Source of the DNA: Patescibacteria group bacterium
Lineage (GTDB): Bacteria > Patescibacteriota > WWE3 > UBA101185 > UBA10185
Reading direction: 5' to 3'
Assembly: GCA_032117075.1 (NCBI GenBank)
Contig: JAUMAA010000004.1
Location: 2,629 to 66,628 of the forward strand
DNA: 64,000 bases
A program made the position numbers and the translations under genes. Below, piece after piece: positions 28,608 to 38,195 of the stretch (positions are counted from its first letter, which is position 1; each line of letters starts with the position of its first letter). The notes beneath the pieces were generated by a model. That model was not told the DNA's origin. It saw nothing but the letters and a program-made list of their open reading frames with translations, and searched no databases.

Positions 28608-29762
28608 ATGTACTTTTTGATTTTACTAAATTTTATTCTTTTTACTCTGGGTCAGTTAGTTGCAATTAGTAGATCTGGTGGAGGTTTAAATATTTATCTG
28701 TTTGATATTTTTTTATTTTTTTTAAACTTTATTTTAGTAATCAATATCCTCAAAAGGGGGAAATTTAAAATAAATTTCCCCCTTTTCTCGTTTACTCTAT
28801 TTTTTATTTTCTCTCTAATTTTTACTGGAATTCAAATATATTATTTTGATTTAAAGCAGCAGATTCAAGTTTTTAGTTATGTAATTAGATTTTCTAATTA
28901 CTTTCTCTTCGGCTATCTCTTATATTCCTTATTGAGTAGTAAGTTGTTGAGTATTGATGAGTTAAAAAAAATACTTCAAATAAATTTTTTTGTACTATCA
29001 ATTTTAAATTTACTTCAATTAATATTTTTAAATAATTTATCCTCTTTGGCTGAGTTCGGATGGGATCCCCATCTTGGAAGGTTGACGGGTACTTTTTTGG
29101 ATCCGAATTATATGGCTTATTACCTATGTCTTTACTATTTACTTAATCATTTTTACTTAAAGGATAGATGGATTGAATACTTATCGATATTTTCAATTTT
29201 TTTGACACTTTCCAGAAATGGCATTTTAACTTTTTTTATTGTTTTTGTTTTATGTAATCTGAGGGATGTTAAAAAATTAACTCTGTTGTTGATAATGATA
29301 TTAATATTTATGTTGTTTGATCCGAGGTTAATAGATAGATTTCTTCAATTTCAGGATAGGGAAGACTCTTCTTATGTTAGATTAATTTCTTGGAATGAGG
29401 CTTTGAAGATAGGTTATATGACTAACTTTTCTGGAATTGGATTTAACAATTACAAAAATAATTTAGAAATATATAATATCGTTTCTCAGGATTCATTGAC
29501 TAAGAATTCAGTAGCATCCTCTGACTCTTCATTTCTGCATGTATTTGTAACTCTTGGGTTATTGGGATTTTTATTATTGCTGGTCAATCTTATTTCATTT
29601 GTCTTTGGAAAAAACAGTCTTATTTTTCCTAACCTTGTAGTATTAATTTCACTAATTTTTAATTCTCAATTTATCAACAGTCTTTTTTTTCCTCAAATTA
29701 GTCTTTTACTCTTTTTAATTCTATTTATGGGAATTTTCATTAGCGAACAGTTGTTAAATTAG
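28608..29762 (+). CDS. O-antigen ligase/Wzy-like protein
   Basis: RLTGTFLDPN, TLSRNG, GIGFN, multi-TM. Confidence 0.85.
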   Translation: MYFLILLNFILFTLGQLVAISRSGGGLNIYLFDIFLFFLNFILVINILKRGKFKINFPLFSFTLFFIFSLIFTGIQIYYFDLKQQIQVFSYVIRFSNYFLFGYLLYSLLSSKLLSIDELKKILQINFFVLSILNLLQLIFLNNLSSLAEFGWDPHLGRLTGTFLDPNYMAYYLCLYYLLNHFYLKDRWIEYLSIFSIFLTLSRNGILTFFIVFVLCNLRDVKKLTLLLIMILIFMLFDPRLIDRFLQFQDREDSSYVRLISWNEALKIGYMTNFSGIGFNNYKNNLEIYNIVSQDSLTKNSVASSDSSFLHVFVTLGLLGFLLLLVNLISFVFGKNSLIFPNLVVLISLIFNSQFINSLFFPQISLLLFLILFMGIFISEQLLN

Positions 29763-30439
29763 CCTTTTTTATAAGTTACATTGTAGGTAACTTTTTCTTC
29801 ATTTCCAGCTTTATCTTTTAGAGTAATCTCAATTTTGACATTTCCTTCTTCAACCCCTAAGAGATATTCAAACTTATTTTCATTGATTATAAAAACTTTT
29901 TTACCGTTGACTAGTATGTCACAAGGCTCATTTGTTTCACCAATAATTCTAATATTTTTATTTAGATTAGTAATTTCTTCGCTTTGCTTAATGTTTATAT
30001 TTTTAATTTCTGGCTTAGTATTATCATATTCAATTTCGTAAACTCTAGACATCTCAGAACTAACTCCTTTTGAATCTGTCGCTTTAAATGTAAGCTTATT
30101 ATTACCTTTTAATATCTCGATATTTTCGAATTTAAATCTACCATTTTGTTCAGCAGTTGTTTTTGAAACAGAGTTATCATTTAAAAAAACCTCTACTTCA
30201 ACATTACCTGAAGAGGATCCTTCAATTTTAATTTTGTCCTGATTAGTCTTATTTTGAAAATTTAAAATAGTAGGTGTAAGTACTACATTTGCTACAGGTT
30301 TATCTGTATTAATCTGAAATAATCTGGAAGTTAGAAAAGCTACAAAAGGGGCCAAATAAAAAAGTGATAAGTAAAAAATAATGCTTACCGCAATAAATTT
30401 AATAAAACTTTTAATAAATTTTTCTTTACTCGAATTCAT
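29759..30439 (-). CDS. Membrane-anchored bacterial Ig-like domain protein
   Basis: N-terminal TM; beta-rich repeats GNNKLTFKATD..G, DNTKP, DKAGN. Confidence 0.8.
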   Translation of the reverse strand: MNSSKEKFIKSFIKFIAVSIIFYLSLFYLAPFVAFLTSRLFQINTDKPVANVVLTPTILNFQNKTNQDKIKIEGSSSGNVEVEVFLNDNSVSKTTAEQNGRFKFENIEILKGNNKLTFKATDSKGVSSEMSRVYEIEYDNTKPEIKNINIKQSEEITNLNKNIRIIGETNEPCDILVNGKKVFIINENKFEYLLGVEEGNVKIEITLKDKAGNEEKVTYNVTYKKG

Positions 30440-30459
30440 ATATTTATTATACTAAATTA
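30440..30459. promoter_or_regulatory. Overlapping bidirectional -10 hexamers
   Basis: Plus strand TATACT (30448-53)-N6-ATG; minus strand TATAAT (30451-46)-N6-ATG. Confidence 0.7.
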
Positions 30460-33400
30460 ATGAGTGAAGGATTAGATACCAAAAAATATTCAGCTGTATC
30501 CTCAAATGAGGAGCAAAATTCTTTACCTGAAATTCGCAGTCTTGGTGATGTTCAATCCAGAATTCAGTCAAGAATAGAACAGTTAAGTCAAACTATCAGT
30601 TCTATAGTAACCTCTTATGAAGAAAAAGAAGAAAGATTATCTTCCAAAGAAAGGGTTTCAGAAAAGTCGAGAGATTTGACTAAAGAGGAGGAGGAGAATG
30701 CTAGGTTAGTCGAAGAGAAACTTAAAGAATATATAGCAGGACATAATCCTTTTATGCAAAGAGTTTTATCTTTATTTAAGGCCAAAAGTTTAAATGAATT
30801 GCAACAAAAAACAAACTCTTCTTCTGAGAGAGCCCAAGTAGCCAATCAAGAATACATAAAATCTTCTGAAGAGATTAGATCAGAAATAGCCTTAGATAAA
30901 AAAGAGTTAGAGGAAGAAACCAAAAGGATATTACTTTCACAAATTGAAGGCATGTATGAGGACTATCAAGTATTGTATGAGCAGGTACTAAGTATACTTT
31001 CTCCAGAAGATTTTCAGAAAATTAGAGAAATTATTCATTCACTAAACCCTTCCGAATCAGTTAGTGATATTGATATTGTTTTTAACATAAAGGTACTTCT
31101 TTCCGCACTTGCTTATCCAAATCAACAGAGGCTTATTTCTGCTGCTTCAATTGATGTTTTACCTGCCGAACTTATCGCGGAGTTTCCAAAATTACATTAT
31201 AGTAAACATCAGTTTGACCAACAATACAAACAAAATACAGTAGGCGGGGTTTGGATGTATGATGATCCTAAAGTTGCTGTTACTAAAGATGAAATGATTG
31301 TTACTTTGAATTACTTAATATCAAATCCTAAGATTAGCTCAATTCTAGGTCAAGGAAAACTCTTGGAAGGTTTAAATCAAGAAATTTACGAATTACTTTT
31401 AACACAGGGGCTATTGAAAACAGAAGATAATTCTTCTAAAGGTTTAGCTATGTTTCCTACACCTGAAAGTTTACGTATTGCCTTAATTCACTCTTCGACA
31501 AATCAAAGATATGGGGAGGAGTCTGATAGGTTCAAATCATCTTTACAAATAATTAATCGTTTCAAAGTGAATCCTGGGTGGCAAGAATTACTTGAAGAAA
31601 CAATGACTAAGTACCCAGAATTAGAAGGTTTTAGAGTTCCGTTGCAAAATTTAACTCCGGAGAGTAGAAATCTTGGTATTGAGAATTTTAGCGAGGAATA
31701 TATTAATTCAATTTTAGAGCTTTATAGGACTCATAAAGATAATTCAGGAGTTGAAGAATGTAGAGTCTTGCTTGATGCGATTCCTGCCGAGTATTTTTTG
31801 AATGACTTACAAAGGGATAGCAGAATAGATAGTGAAACTTCAATTCAACTACGAGAAGTGCTTGCAAGATGTAGAATTGAAATAGAAATTCCTCACAATT
31901 TAAATATGAAAACATATAAAATGATTAGGGATTTCATAACTAATCAATTATATTCTTCTTTTGATAACCCTGATTTTGTAGTAAATTCTCAAATTTTAAG
32001 TAGATTAGGTTATTTAACCGAATTTATAGATAAAAGAAAAAATGATAGATTAAACACCGAAGAACTTACTTCTAAATTTTTAAGCTTCCCAGAAAATAAT
32101 GATTTCATATTTGATGGAATGAAATCTCTTGACTGGTTATCTAATACCGATTTTACAAATCCAGAAAGTAAGATTAATGAACAGAATTGGACTAAGTATT
32201 TAATGGTCTACTTAGTATCTGCAAATCAACAAAATAGATTTATACCACACATTTCTATTGAAGAAGGAAAAAAGATAGAGGAGTTTTTTAGTTCTAATGA
32301 AGTTCCAAATTTTTGTTTAAAACAAATGCTTTCTCAATGGCGAGAATTTATTACTTCTGATAATAATAATTTACCAAAAGGGGTAGGTATATTTTCAATT
32401 GGTTTAAGAGAGGGTTTGAATTTAGGAAATTTTACTTTAATTAAAACAGTAGGTGAGGTATCCGCTTCAGTTTATGAAATGAGGAAAAGGGAAGATTTAA
32501 CCTCAGAACAAAAGAAGAATATACTTAGTATCTTTCAAATCGTAGAGAGCGGGTTACTTAATTCTTCAAAGATTTCTAATGAAACGAGAGTAAGTTTCTA
32601 TAACATTTCTTCAAAATTAATAAATTCTGATCCTGTATTATTTGAGTCACTTTTACCATTATTTTCTATGTTCAGGGATGATCCTAAAAAATTAAGTGAA
32701 TTTATTCAAGAAATATTTCCAAAAGTTAATTTTATAAAGATTTTAGGTAAAGATAGAGCACAGGAATCTGTTAATAATATTATTGACTTGTCCCCAGGAT
32801 TAGAAGAATTAAGGATAAATTTTTCAAATGAAATAATGAAACTTTTTAGATCTTCTTTAGGCATAACAAAATTACCGGAGAATTTCGAAGAAGAAGAAAA
32901 CAGATCTTTTAATAATATGCAGCTTTATCTTAGTTATTTGAACGGTAGAGATAGTGAAAAAGAAACAATAATTTCATTTTATATCTCTCAAATGCTGAAT
33001 AAAAATTGGCAAGAATTTAGACAGGGTAGTGAAATTAATGTTTCCGAATATATGGATAGTACTAGACTGCCAAAAATTACCGAGTTATTAAAAGAGAAAA
33101 AGGAATTAATTAGTCAATTTTTTAAGGACTCAGGTTTAGTAGAATCAGAGATTGCTGAATTGATAGTTTTACTTCAAGATGAGGTTGAGTCTGTTACTAC
33201 TTCTAAAGCAAGGACCATCGATTTGATAGTTGGGGATTTAGTAGAAAGCATGAGTACCCTTCAAGATTTAGATTTATTTTCTGAAATAGTAGATAAGCAA
33301 AGAATTATGCTTCTAAGAAAATATGACCCTAAAATTGTAGGATCCTGTGTAAGTAATTTGTATAGAAAATTTGCTGAAATTGATCTTGAAGGAGAATTAT

Positions 33401-34479
33401 CGAACCCTTCAGGAAATGTATTTAATCCAGAAGAAAGATTAATAATTTCAGAAATAGTCTCTATTTTAAAAATAGCGGGAGTTGAAGTTAGTAAAGAAAA
33501 TATCAAAGCTTACTTTCAGGACGGATTAAAATTATTTTCTAATATAGTTTCTTTAGAAAATTTTACTGAGTCATTAAAAATACCAGAAATGGTAACTAAT
33601 TTAAGAGAAAGTTTGAATCCTGATTCGGATGTTGTTTCTATTTTTCTAAGATTAGGTGAAGTATTTACACCAACTTCAGGGGCTTTTGCTTTTTCTTCTG
33701 ATATAGAATACCTAAAACAGCTTATTTCCAGACATAAAAATAAATTTTCTAAGGAGGAAGAGCAAAAAGTTAGACATTATTTGGACAATGTTAGGGAAAA
33801 AATAAGAGCTTTAGATGATGTTTACCAAAAATTATCAGAGAGAGTTAGAAAAATTTCAGAATCACCTAATTATAAAGAAAATCCACAACTACAAAGAAAA
33901 GTTGAGGAATTATTAAGAATTATTGAAACTAAGTCGGTTCCAAGACAGGTTGTCAGTATAATAACGAATGACTTTAATATTATAGTTGAAAATATTAGAG
34001 AGTGTTTATCATGTACCACTGCTGGAGAAAACAATGATACTAATTTAACTTTCGGTGACTTTAATAAATTTTTTGTAAATACATCTGAGGGTGGAAAAGG
34101 TCTTACAGACCAAATTATTTATTTTTTACCAATTACCCGGGAGGATGGTACTCCAGAATTGGCTTTTGTTGTTGATAAGTTATATGGAGACCAAGATCAA
34201 TCAATTATGTTAAATCACCTAGAAGCAGTTATGAAAAAATATAGACAAATTAAGATTAGATATCCAAATTTAAAACTATCGGTAGTTCTCCCGTCTTCAA
34301 TAAGAAATCACGCAGAAGCTGCCGTAGCATTAGGTTCTAAAGGTTATTCCATTAGTGTTGAGCATTTAAAAGTAGAACTTGTAAGATCTGTATTCGGAAT
34401 GCACTATCCAGAATTTGGACCTCAGGGAAGAGTAACAAATGGGGAGTTCAAAGTTACAGCACATGTAATTAAAGAATAA
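30460..34479 (+). CDS. Large hypothetical helical protein (1339 aa)
   Basis: Long uninterrupted ORF; N-terminal coiled coil; C-terminal alpha/beta region with ECLSC; no TM. Confidence 0.85.
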   Translation: MSEGLDTKKYSAVSSNEEQNSLPEIRSLGDVQSRIQSRIEQLSQTISSIVTSYEEKEERLSSKERVSEKSRDLTKEEEENARLVEEKLKEYIAGHNPFMQRVLSLFKAKSLNELQQKTNSSSERAQVANQEYIKSSEEIRSEIALDKKELEEETKRILLSQIEGMYEDYQVLYEQVLSILSPEDFQKIREIIHSLNPSESVSDIDIVFNIKVLLSALAYPNQQRLISAASIDVLPAELIAEFPKLHYSKHQFDQQYKQNTVGGVWMYDDPKVAVTKDEMIVTLNYLISNPKISSILGQGKLLEGLNQEIYELLLTQGLLKTEDNSSKGLAMFPTPESLRIALIHSSTNQRYGEESDRFKSSLQIINRFKVNPGWQELLEETMTKYPELEGFRVPLQNLTPESRNLGIENFSEEYINSILELYRTHKDNSGVEECRVLLDAIPAEYFLNDLQRDSRIDSETSIQLREVLARCRIEIEIPHNLNMKTYKMIRDFITNQLYSSFDNPDFVVNSQILSRLGYLTEFIDKRKNDRLNTEELTSKFLSFPENNDFIFDGMKSLDWLSNTDFTNPESKINEQNWTKYLMVYLVSANQQNRFIPHISIEEGKKIEEFFSSNEVPNFCLKQMLSQWREFITSDNNNLPKGVGIFSIGLREGLNLGNFTLIKTVGEVSASVYEMRKREDLTSEQKKNILSIFQIVESGLLNSSKISNETRVSFYNISSKLINSDPVLFESLLPLFSMFRDDPKKLSEFIQEIFPKVNFIKILGKDRAQESVNNIIDLSPGLEELRINFSNEIMKLFRSSLGITKLPENFEEEENRSFNNMQLYLSYLNGRDSEKETIISFYISQMLNKNWQEFRQGSEINVSEYMDSTRLPKITELLKEKKELISQFFKDSGLVESEIAELIVLLQDEVESVTTSKARTIDLIVGDLVESMSTLQDLDLFSEIVDKQRIMLLRKYDPKIVGSCVSNLYRKFAEIDLEGELSNPSGNVFNPEERLIISEIVSILKIAGVEVSKENIKAYFQDGLKLFSNIVSLENFTESLKIPEMVTNLRESLNPDSDVVSIFLRLGEVFTPTSGAFAFSSDIEYLKQLISRHKNKFSKEEEQKVRHYLDNVREKIRALDDVYQKLSERVRKISESPNYKENPQLQRKVEELLRIIETKSVPRQVVSIITNDFNIIVENIRECLSCTTAGENNDTNLTFGDFNKFFVNTSEGGKGLTDQIIYFLPITREDGTPELAFVVDKLYGDQDQSIMLNHLEAVMKKYRQIKIRYPNLKLSVVLPSSIRNHAEAAVALGSKGYSISVEHLKVELVRSVFGMHYPEFGPQGRVTNGEFKVTAHVIKE

Positions 34480-34568
34480 TAAAATTAATTTTAGTATGAA
34501 TAAATATAATGAATTTGCGATTTGGAAATTTTCAGTACTTTTGTTTCGACTATCTAAGTAACTTGGAA

Positions 34569-34922
34569 CTATAAAATTAGAGATGTCCCTTCAAATATAA
34601 GACCTTCTCGACCATCTTTAAATTTAAAGGTTTTACCTGGATTTTTTTTAATTATTTCAACATATTTGAAACCGGAACCATACTCTTTTTCAGCAATATC
34701 CCACAGTGTGTCCCCTTTTTTTACTTCATAAGTTTTAGATTTTAAGCTATTAGAATGGTAATCAGCTGCATCCTCTCTGTAAGTACTAATGGACGAGATA
34801 TTGTTTTCTATTTCTTTTTGTTTTTTATTTTCTGATATGAAATCAGCCCTGTTTTTTAGAGCAAATGATAAAACTATGAATGATATAAATATTAGAACAA
34901 GTAAAATTTTATTTGTGTTCAT
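34569..34922 (-). CDS. Membrane-anchored LysM protein
   Basis: YEVKKGDTLWDIAEKEYG; N-terminal TM. Confidence 0.9.
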   Translation of the reverse strand: MNTNKILLVLIFISFIVLSFALKNRADFISENKKQKEIENNISSISTYREDAADYHSNSLKSKTYEVKKGDTLWDIAEKEYGSGFKYVEIIKKNPGKTFKFKDGREGLIFEGTSLIL

Positions 34923-34927
34923 TTTAA

Positions 34928-35004
34928 TGGCGGAACCGGCGGGACTCGAACCCGTGACCTCTTCCGTGACAGGGAAGCGCTCTAACCAACTGAGCTACGG
35001 CTCC
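34928..35004 (-). tRNA. tRNA-Asp(GTC)
   Basis: GGAGCCG acceptor, CTGTCAC anticodon loop, GGTTCGA, encoded CCA. Confidence 0.97.
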
Positions 35005-35086
35005 ATCTTTTACCAAAGTATTTTATCAACAAAAGTATGCTTTTTCAATGAAAAGAATCAAAGAATTAGTAAGATTAAAAAATGAA

Positions 35087-35117
35087 ATGGCGGGGTGTAA
35101 CAATACACCCCGTCCAT
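35087..35117 (-). terminator. GC-rich hairpin after the two-gene cassette
   Basis: CGGGGTGTA-ACAA-TACACCCCG followed by a T-rich tract on the minus strand. Confidence 0.7.
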
Positions 35118-35144
35118 CAAATCCAGAAATCCTCTCATTTCTCC

Positions 35145-35417
35145 CTAAACTTTTGCCCAGATACCTTTGACTATCAAATAGTTGATGGAAAGAAGTATCA
35201 CCCACATAGCATACACTTTTATTCCGTAATCAAAACTAGGAAACAGTAGGATCCAAATCCCACAGCAGTTGATACCAAAACTTAAACCCGGCAAGTCTAG
35301 ATTTTTTAAAACTCCAATAGTATAGATAGCAGCTAAAATGATAGCTACTAACTCTCTGTTCGGACTTTCAAAAGCAAGAACCCCTACTAGTACCCAGTAA
35401 AAATACCTCGTATCCAT
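35145..35417 (-). CDS. Small hypothetical membrane protein
   Basis: Hydrophobic 90 aa; GGAGG SD upstream. Confidence 0.7.
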   Translation of the reverse strand: MDTRYFYWVLVGVLAFESPNRELVAIILAAIYTIGVLKNLDLPGLSFGINCCGIWILLFPSFDYGIKVYAMWVILLSINYLIVKGIWAKV

Positions 35418-35426
35418 AGTATCCTC

Positions 35427-35705
35427 CTAATCAATAGATTTTTGAATATAAAATTCATAAACCAGAAAGAAGCTGAGAATAGCAAATATGTATCCTACCG
35501 CTCCAATCTTGACGTCAACTCCTGAGTATTCAGCAATCATAAAGAAACTAGAAATTCCAATTCCTGAAATTGCACCAGTATACAGGGCTGAAAAAGTATC
35601 CCAATTCCATCCAAATTCCTTGCCCCTTTTCTTAACTAAGTTCTTGCCGAACTGAAGATGAAGTAGGGGAATTAACCATGTAGTAATAAAAAATACATAA
35701 GTCAT
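35427..35705 (-). CDS. Small hypothetical membrane protein
   Basis: About 3 TMs; start moved to ATG 35705 behind an AAGGAG SD. Confidence 0.7.
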   Translation of the reverse strand: MTYVFFITTWLIPLLHLQFGKNLVKKRGKEFGWNWDTFSALYTGAISGIGISSFFMIAEYSGVDVKIGAVGYIFAILSFFLVYEFYIQKSID

Positions 35706-35839
35706 ACCTAATCTCCTTCTAACTACTATCAATCTCAAGCAAGATTATAACTTATAGAAAGTAATTTTTTATTTATTTGTTTTAAAGAAATTATAGGTTA
35801 TAAATGCACTTTTTTATGAAATTATGCTAGATTTAAAAT

Positions 35840-37582
35840 ATGAAAATTCATAAATTCTCTAACAAAGAAATTCTCCAAATTTTAAAAGAAGTAGTTGCGG
35901 CTATGGAAGTAAAAGGCGATTCATTCTTTAAAATTAGAGCTTATCATACTGCTATTCTTTCCATAGAGAACCTTACCCAGTCTGTTTTTGAATTATGGGA
36001 AAACAAAAGATTAGGTGAAATTCCAGGAGTCGGTCAGGCTTTAATTGATCATTTGAGTGATTTGTTTACAACAGGAGAAGTAAAAGAATTTCAAAAGAAG
36101 AAAGAAGGTCTTCCTGAAGGCATGTTTGAGTTAATTGGACTTAGAAAAGTAGGTGCCAAAACAGCTTATAAATTGGCATCTAATTTTGATTTAAATAAAA
36201 GAGAGACTGCGCTTGATGAAGTTAAAAAATTAGCAGAAGCTCATAAAATACAGGAACTCCCAGGATTTGGAGCCAAATCAGAGGCAGACATTTTAGATGC
36301 AATTGAAAATCTCAAAATGAATAAATCTGAAAAAAAGAGAACACTTTTAGCAAATGCTGAAAAAGTAGTTGAAAGAATAAAAGATTATATGTTGAAAAAT
36401 AGAGAAATAGAATACTGCGAAGCCATGGGTTCCTTTAGAAGAAGAGCTCCAACCATAGGTGATTTAGATTTTGCTATTGCTTCAGAAAATGTAGATGGGG
36501 CCATAGATTATTTTTTAAAGTTTCCCGAAATAAGAGAGGTTTTAGGTCAGGGAGAAAAAAAAGCTTCGGTTGTTTTAAATAACGATTTACAGGTCGATGT
36601 TAGAGTAATTCAAAAAAAGGAATTAGGCTCTATGCTTCAGTATTTTACTGGTAATATGCAGCATAATGTTTTACTTAGACAGTATGCTCTTCAGAATGGA
36701 ATGTCTCTTTCTGAGTACGGAATAAAATATAAAGAAAATTTAGAAGAATTTGCACATGAAGAAGATTTTTACAAAAGATTAGGGCTTCAATATATCGTTC
36801 CTGAGTTAAGGCATGGAAGAAATGAAATAGAGCTTGCAAAAAAAGGAGAACTGCCAAAATTGGTAAAGTTAGAAGATGTAAAAGGTGACTTGCACACTCA
36901 TACAACTTTTTCTGATGGTGAAAATTCATTAGAGGAGATGGTAAAAAGGGCCAGAGAAAAAGGTTACGAATATATCGGAATTTCGGATCATGCCCCAAGT
37001 GTGCAGTCCAGGGGAGAGAAAGAAGTTAGGCATTTACTAGAAAAAAGAAGAGAAGAGATTGAAAACATGAATAAGCACTATAAAGATATCAAAATTCTTT
37101 TTGGGATGGAGGTTAACATCCTTGCTGATATGACTTTGGGGTTACCAGATGAAATACTTGAGCTGCTTGATTATTCTATTGCTTCAATTCACACTTCTTT
37201 TGAGATGGACCGAGATAGAATGACTGAGAGAGTACTGACAGCACTGTCCAATCCCTACATTTCAATTTGGGGCCACCCATCTGGAAGACTTATCAATGAA
37301 AGAGATGGAATCGAGGTTAATTGGACTAAAATTTTCGAATTAGCAGCTAAAAATAAAAAAATTATTGAAATTAATTCACAACCTCAGAGGTTAGATCTCG
37401 CTGACGATCTGGTATATGAGGCGATTAAGGCAGGAGTAAACTTAATTATTAATACAGACTCGCACAATCTAAATTCATTAGACTATATGAAGTATGGAAT
37501 TGATATTGCCAGAAGAGGTTTTTGCGAGAAACATCATATTATAAATACCCTTCACCTTGAAAAATTAATCGAAAAAATATAG
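35840..37582 (+). CDS. polX: DNA polymerase X / PHP 3'-5' exonuclease
   Basis: HhH motifs, GSFRR, GDLD..VDVR, DLHTHT..SDG, NTDSH. Confidence 0.95.
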   Translation: MKIHKFSNKEILQILKEVVAAMEVKGDSFFKIRAYHTAILSIENLTQSVFELWENKRLGEIPGVGQALIDHLSDLFTTGEVKEFQKKKEGLPEGMFELIGLRKVGAKTAYKLASNFDLNKRETALDEVKKLAEAHKIQELPGFGAKSEADILDAIENLKMNKSEKKRTLLANAEKVVERIKDYMLKNREIEYCEAMGSFRRRAPTIGDLDFAIASENVDGAIDYFLKFPEIREVLGQGEKKASVVLNNDLQVDVRVIQKKELGSMLQYFTGNMQHNVLLRQYALQNGMSLSEYGIKYKENLEEFAHEEDFYKRLGLQYIVPELRHGRNEIELAKKGELPKLVKLEDVKGDLHTHTTFSDGENSLEEMVKRAREKGYEYIGISDHAPSVQSRGEKEVRHLLEKRREEIENMNKHYKDIKILFGMEVNILADMTLGLPDEILELLDYSIASIHTSFEMDRDRMTERVLTALSNPYISIWGHPSGRLINERDGIEVNWTKIFELAAKNKKIIEINSQPQRLDLADDLVYEAIKAGVNLIINTDSHNLNSLDYMKYGIDIARRGFCEKHHIINTLHLEKLIEKI

Positions 37583-37616
37583 AATAAGACAAGTAAATGT
37601 TTCAAAAAGGAGTTAT

Positions 37617-38168
37617 ATGGATATATTAACCATTGTTCTGATTGTGCTCGGTGTTGTTGCTCTTTTAGTAATTGGTATTTACAACTCTTTAGCTTCCTCT
37701 AAAGTTGCTATTTCTGAAGCTCACTCTGGAATCGAAGTTCAGATGAAGAGAAGAGCGGATCTAGTTCCAAATTTAATCGAAACTGTTAAGGGTTACACTA
37801 AACATGAAAGTGAAGTTTTTACAAAAGTTGCTGATGCGAGACAAAAAATGCTATCAGCTAATGGAGTTAAAGAAGAAGCTGCTGCAAATAATATGCTAGC
37901 AGAATCTTTGAAATCCGTTTTTGCAATTGCTGAAAGTTACCCTGACCTTAAAGCTTCTACTAATTTCAGTTCTCTTCAATCAGAACTATCTGATATTGAG
38001 GCTAAGATTTCTTATGCAAGACAGTTTTATAACAATAATGTGAAGGCTTTAAATTCTAAAATTGTTACATTTCCAACCAATATTTTGGCAGGGATGTTTG
38101 GATTTAAAGAAGAACAATTTTTTGATGCCGAAGAAGGTGTTGAAAAACCAGTGCAAGTTAAATTTTAA
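37617..38168 (+). CDS. lemA: LemA family protein
   Basis: KRRADLVPNL, ESYPDLKAS, ARQFYN. Confidence 0.96.
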   Translation: MDILTIVLIVLGVVALLVIGIYNSLASSKVAISEAHSGIEVQMKRRADLVPNLIETVKGYTKHESEVFTKVADARQKMLSANGVKEEAAANNMLAESLKSVFAIAESYPDLKASTNFSSLQSELSDIEAKISYARQFYNNNVKALNSKIVTFPTNILAGMFGFKEEQFFDAEEGVEKPVQVKF

Positions 38169-38195
38169 GTATCTACTTATTAAAGAAGGAGTTCT

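Noticed and set aside
34789-35085. 98-aa plus-strand ORF
   Set aside because: Antisense to tRNA-Asp and the LysM gene; a typical tRNA shadow ORF
35058-35138. 26-aa minus-strand micro-ORF MRGFLDLMDGVYCYTPPFHFLILLIL
   Set aside because: SD spacing is too short and it runs through the terminator hairpin; the equivalent position in cassette B gives only 7 codons
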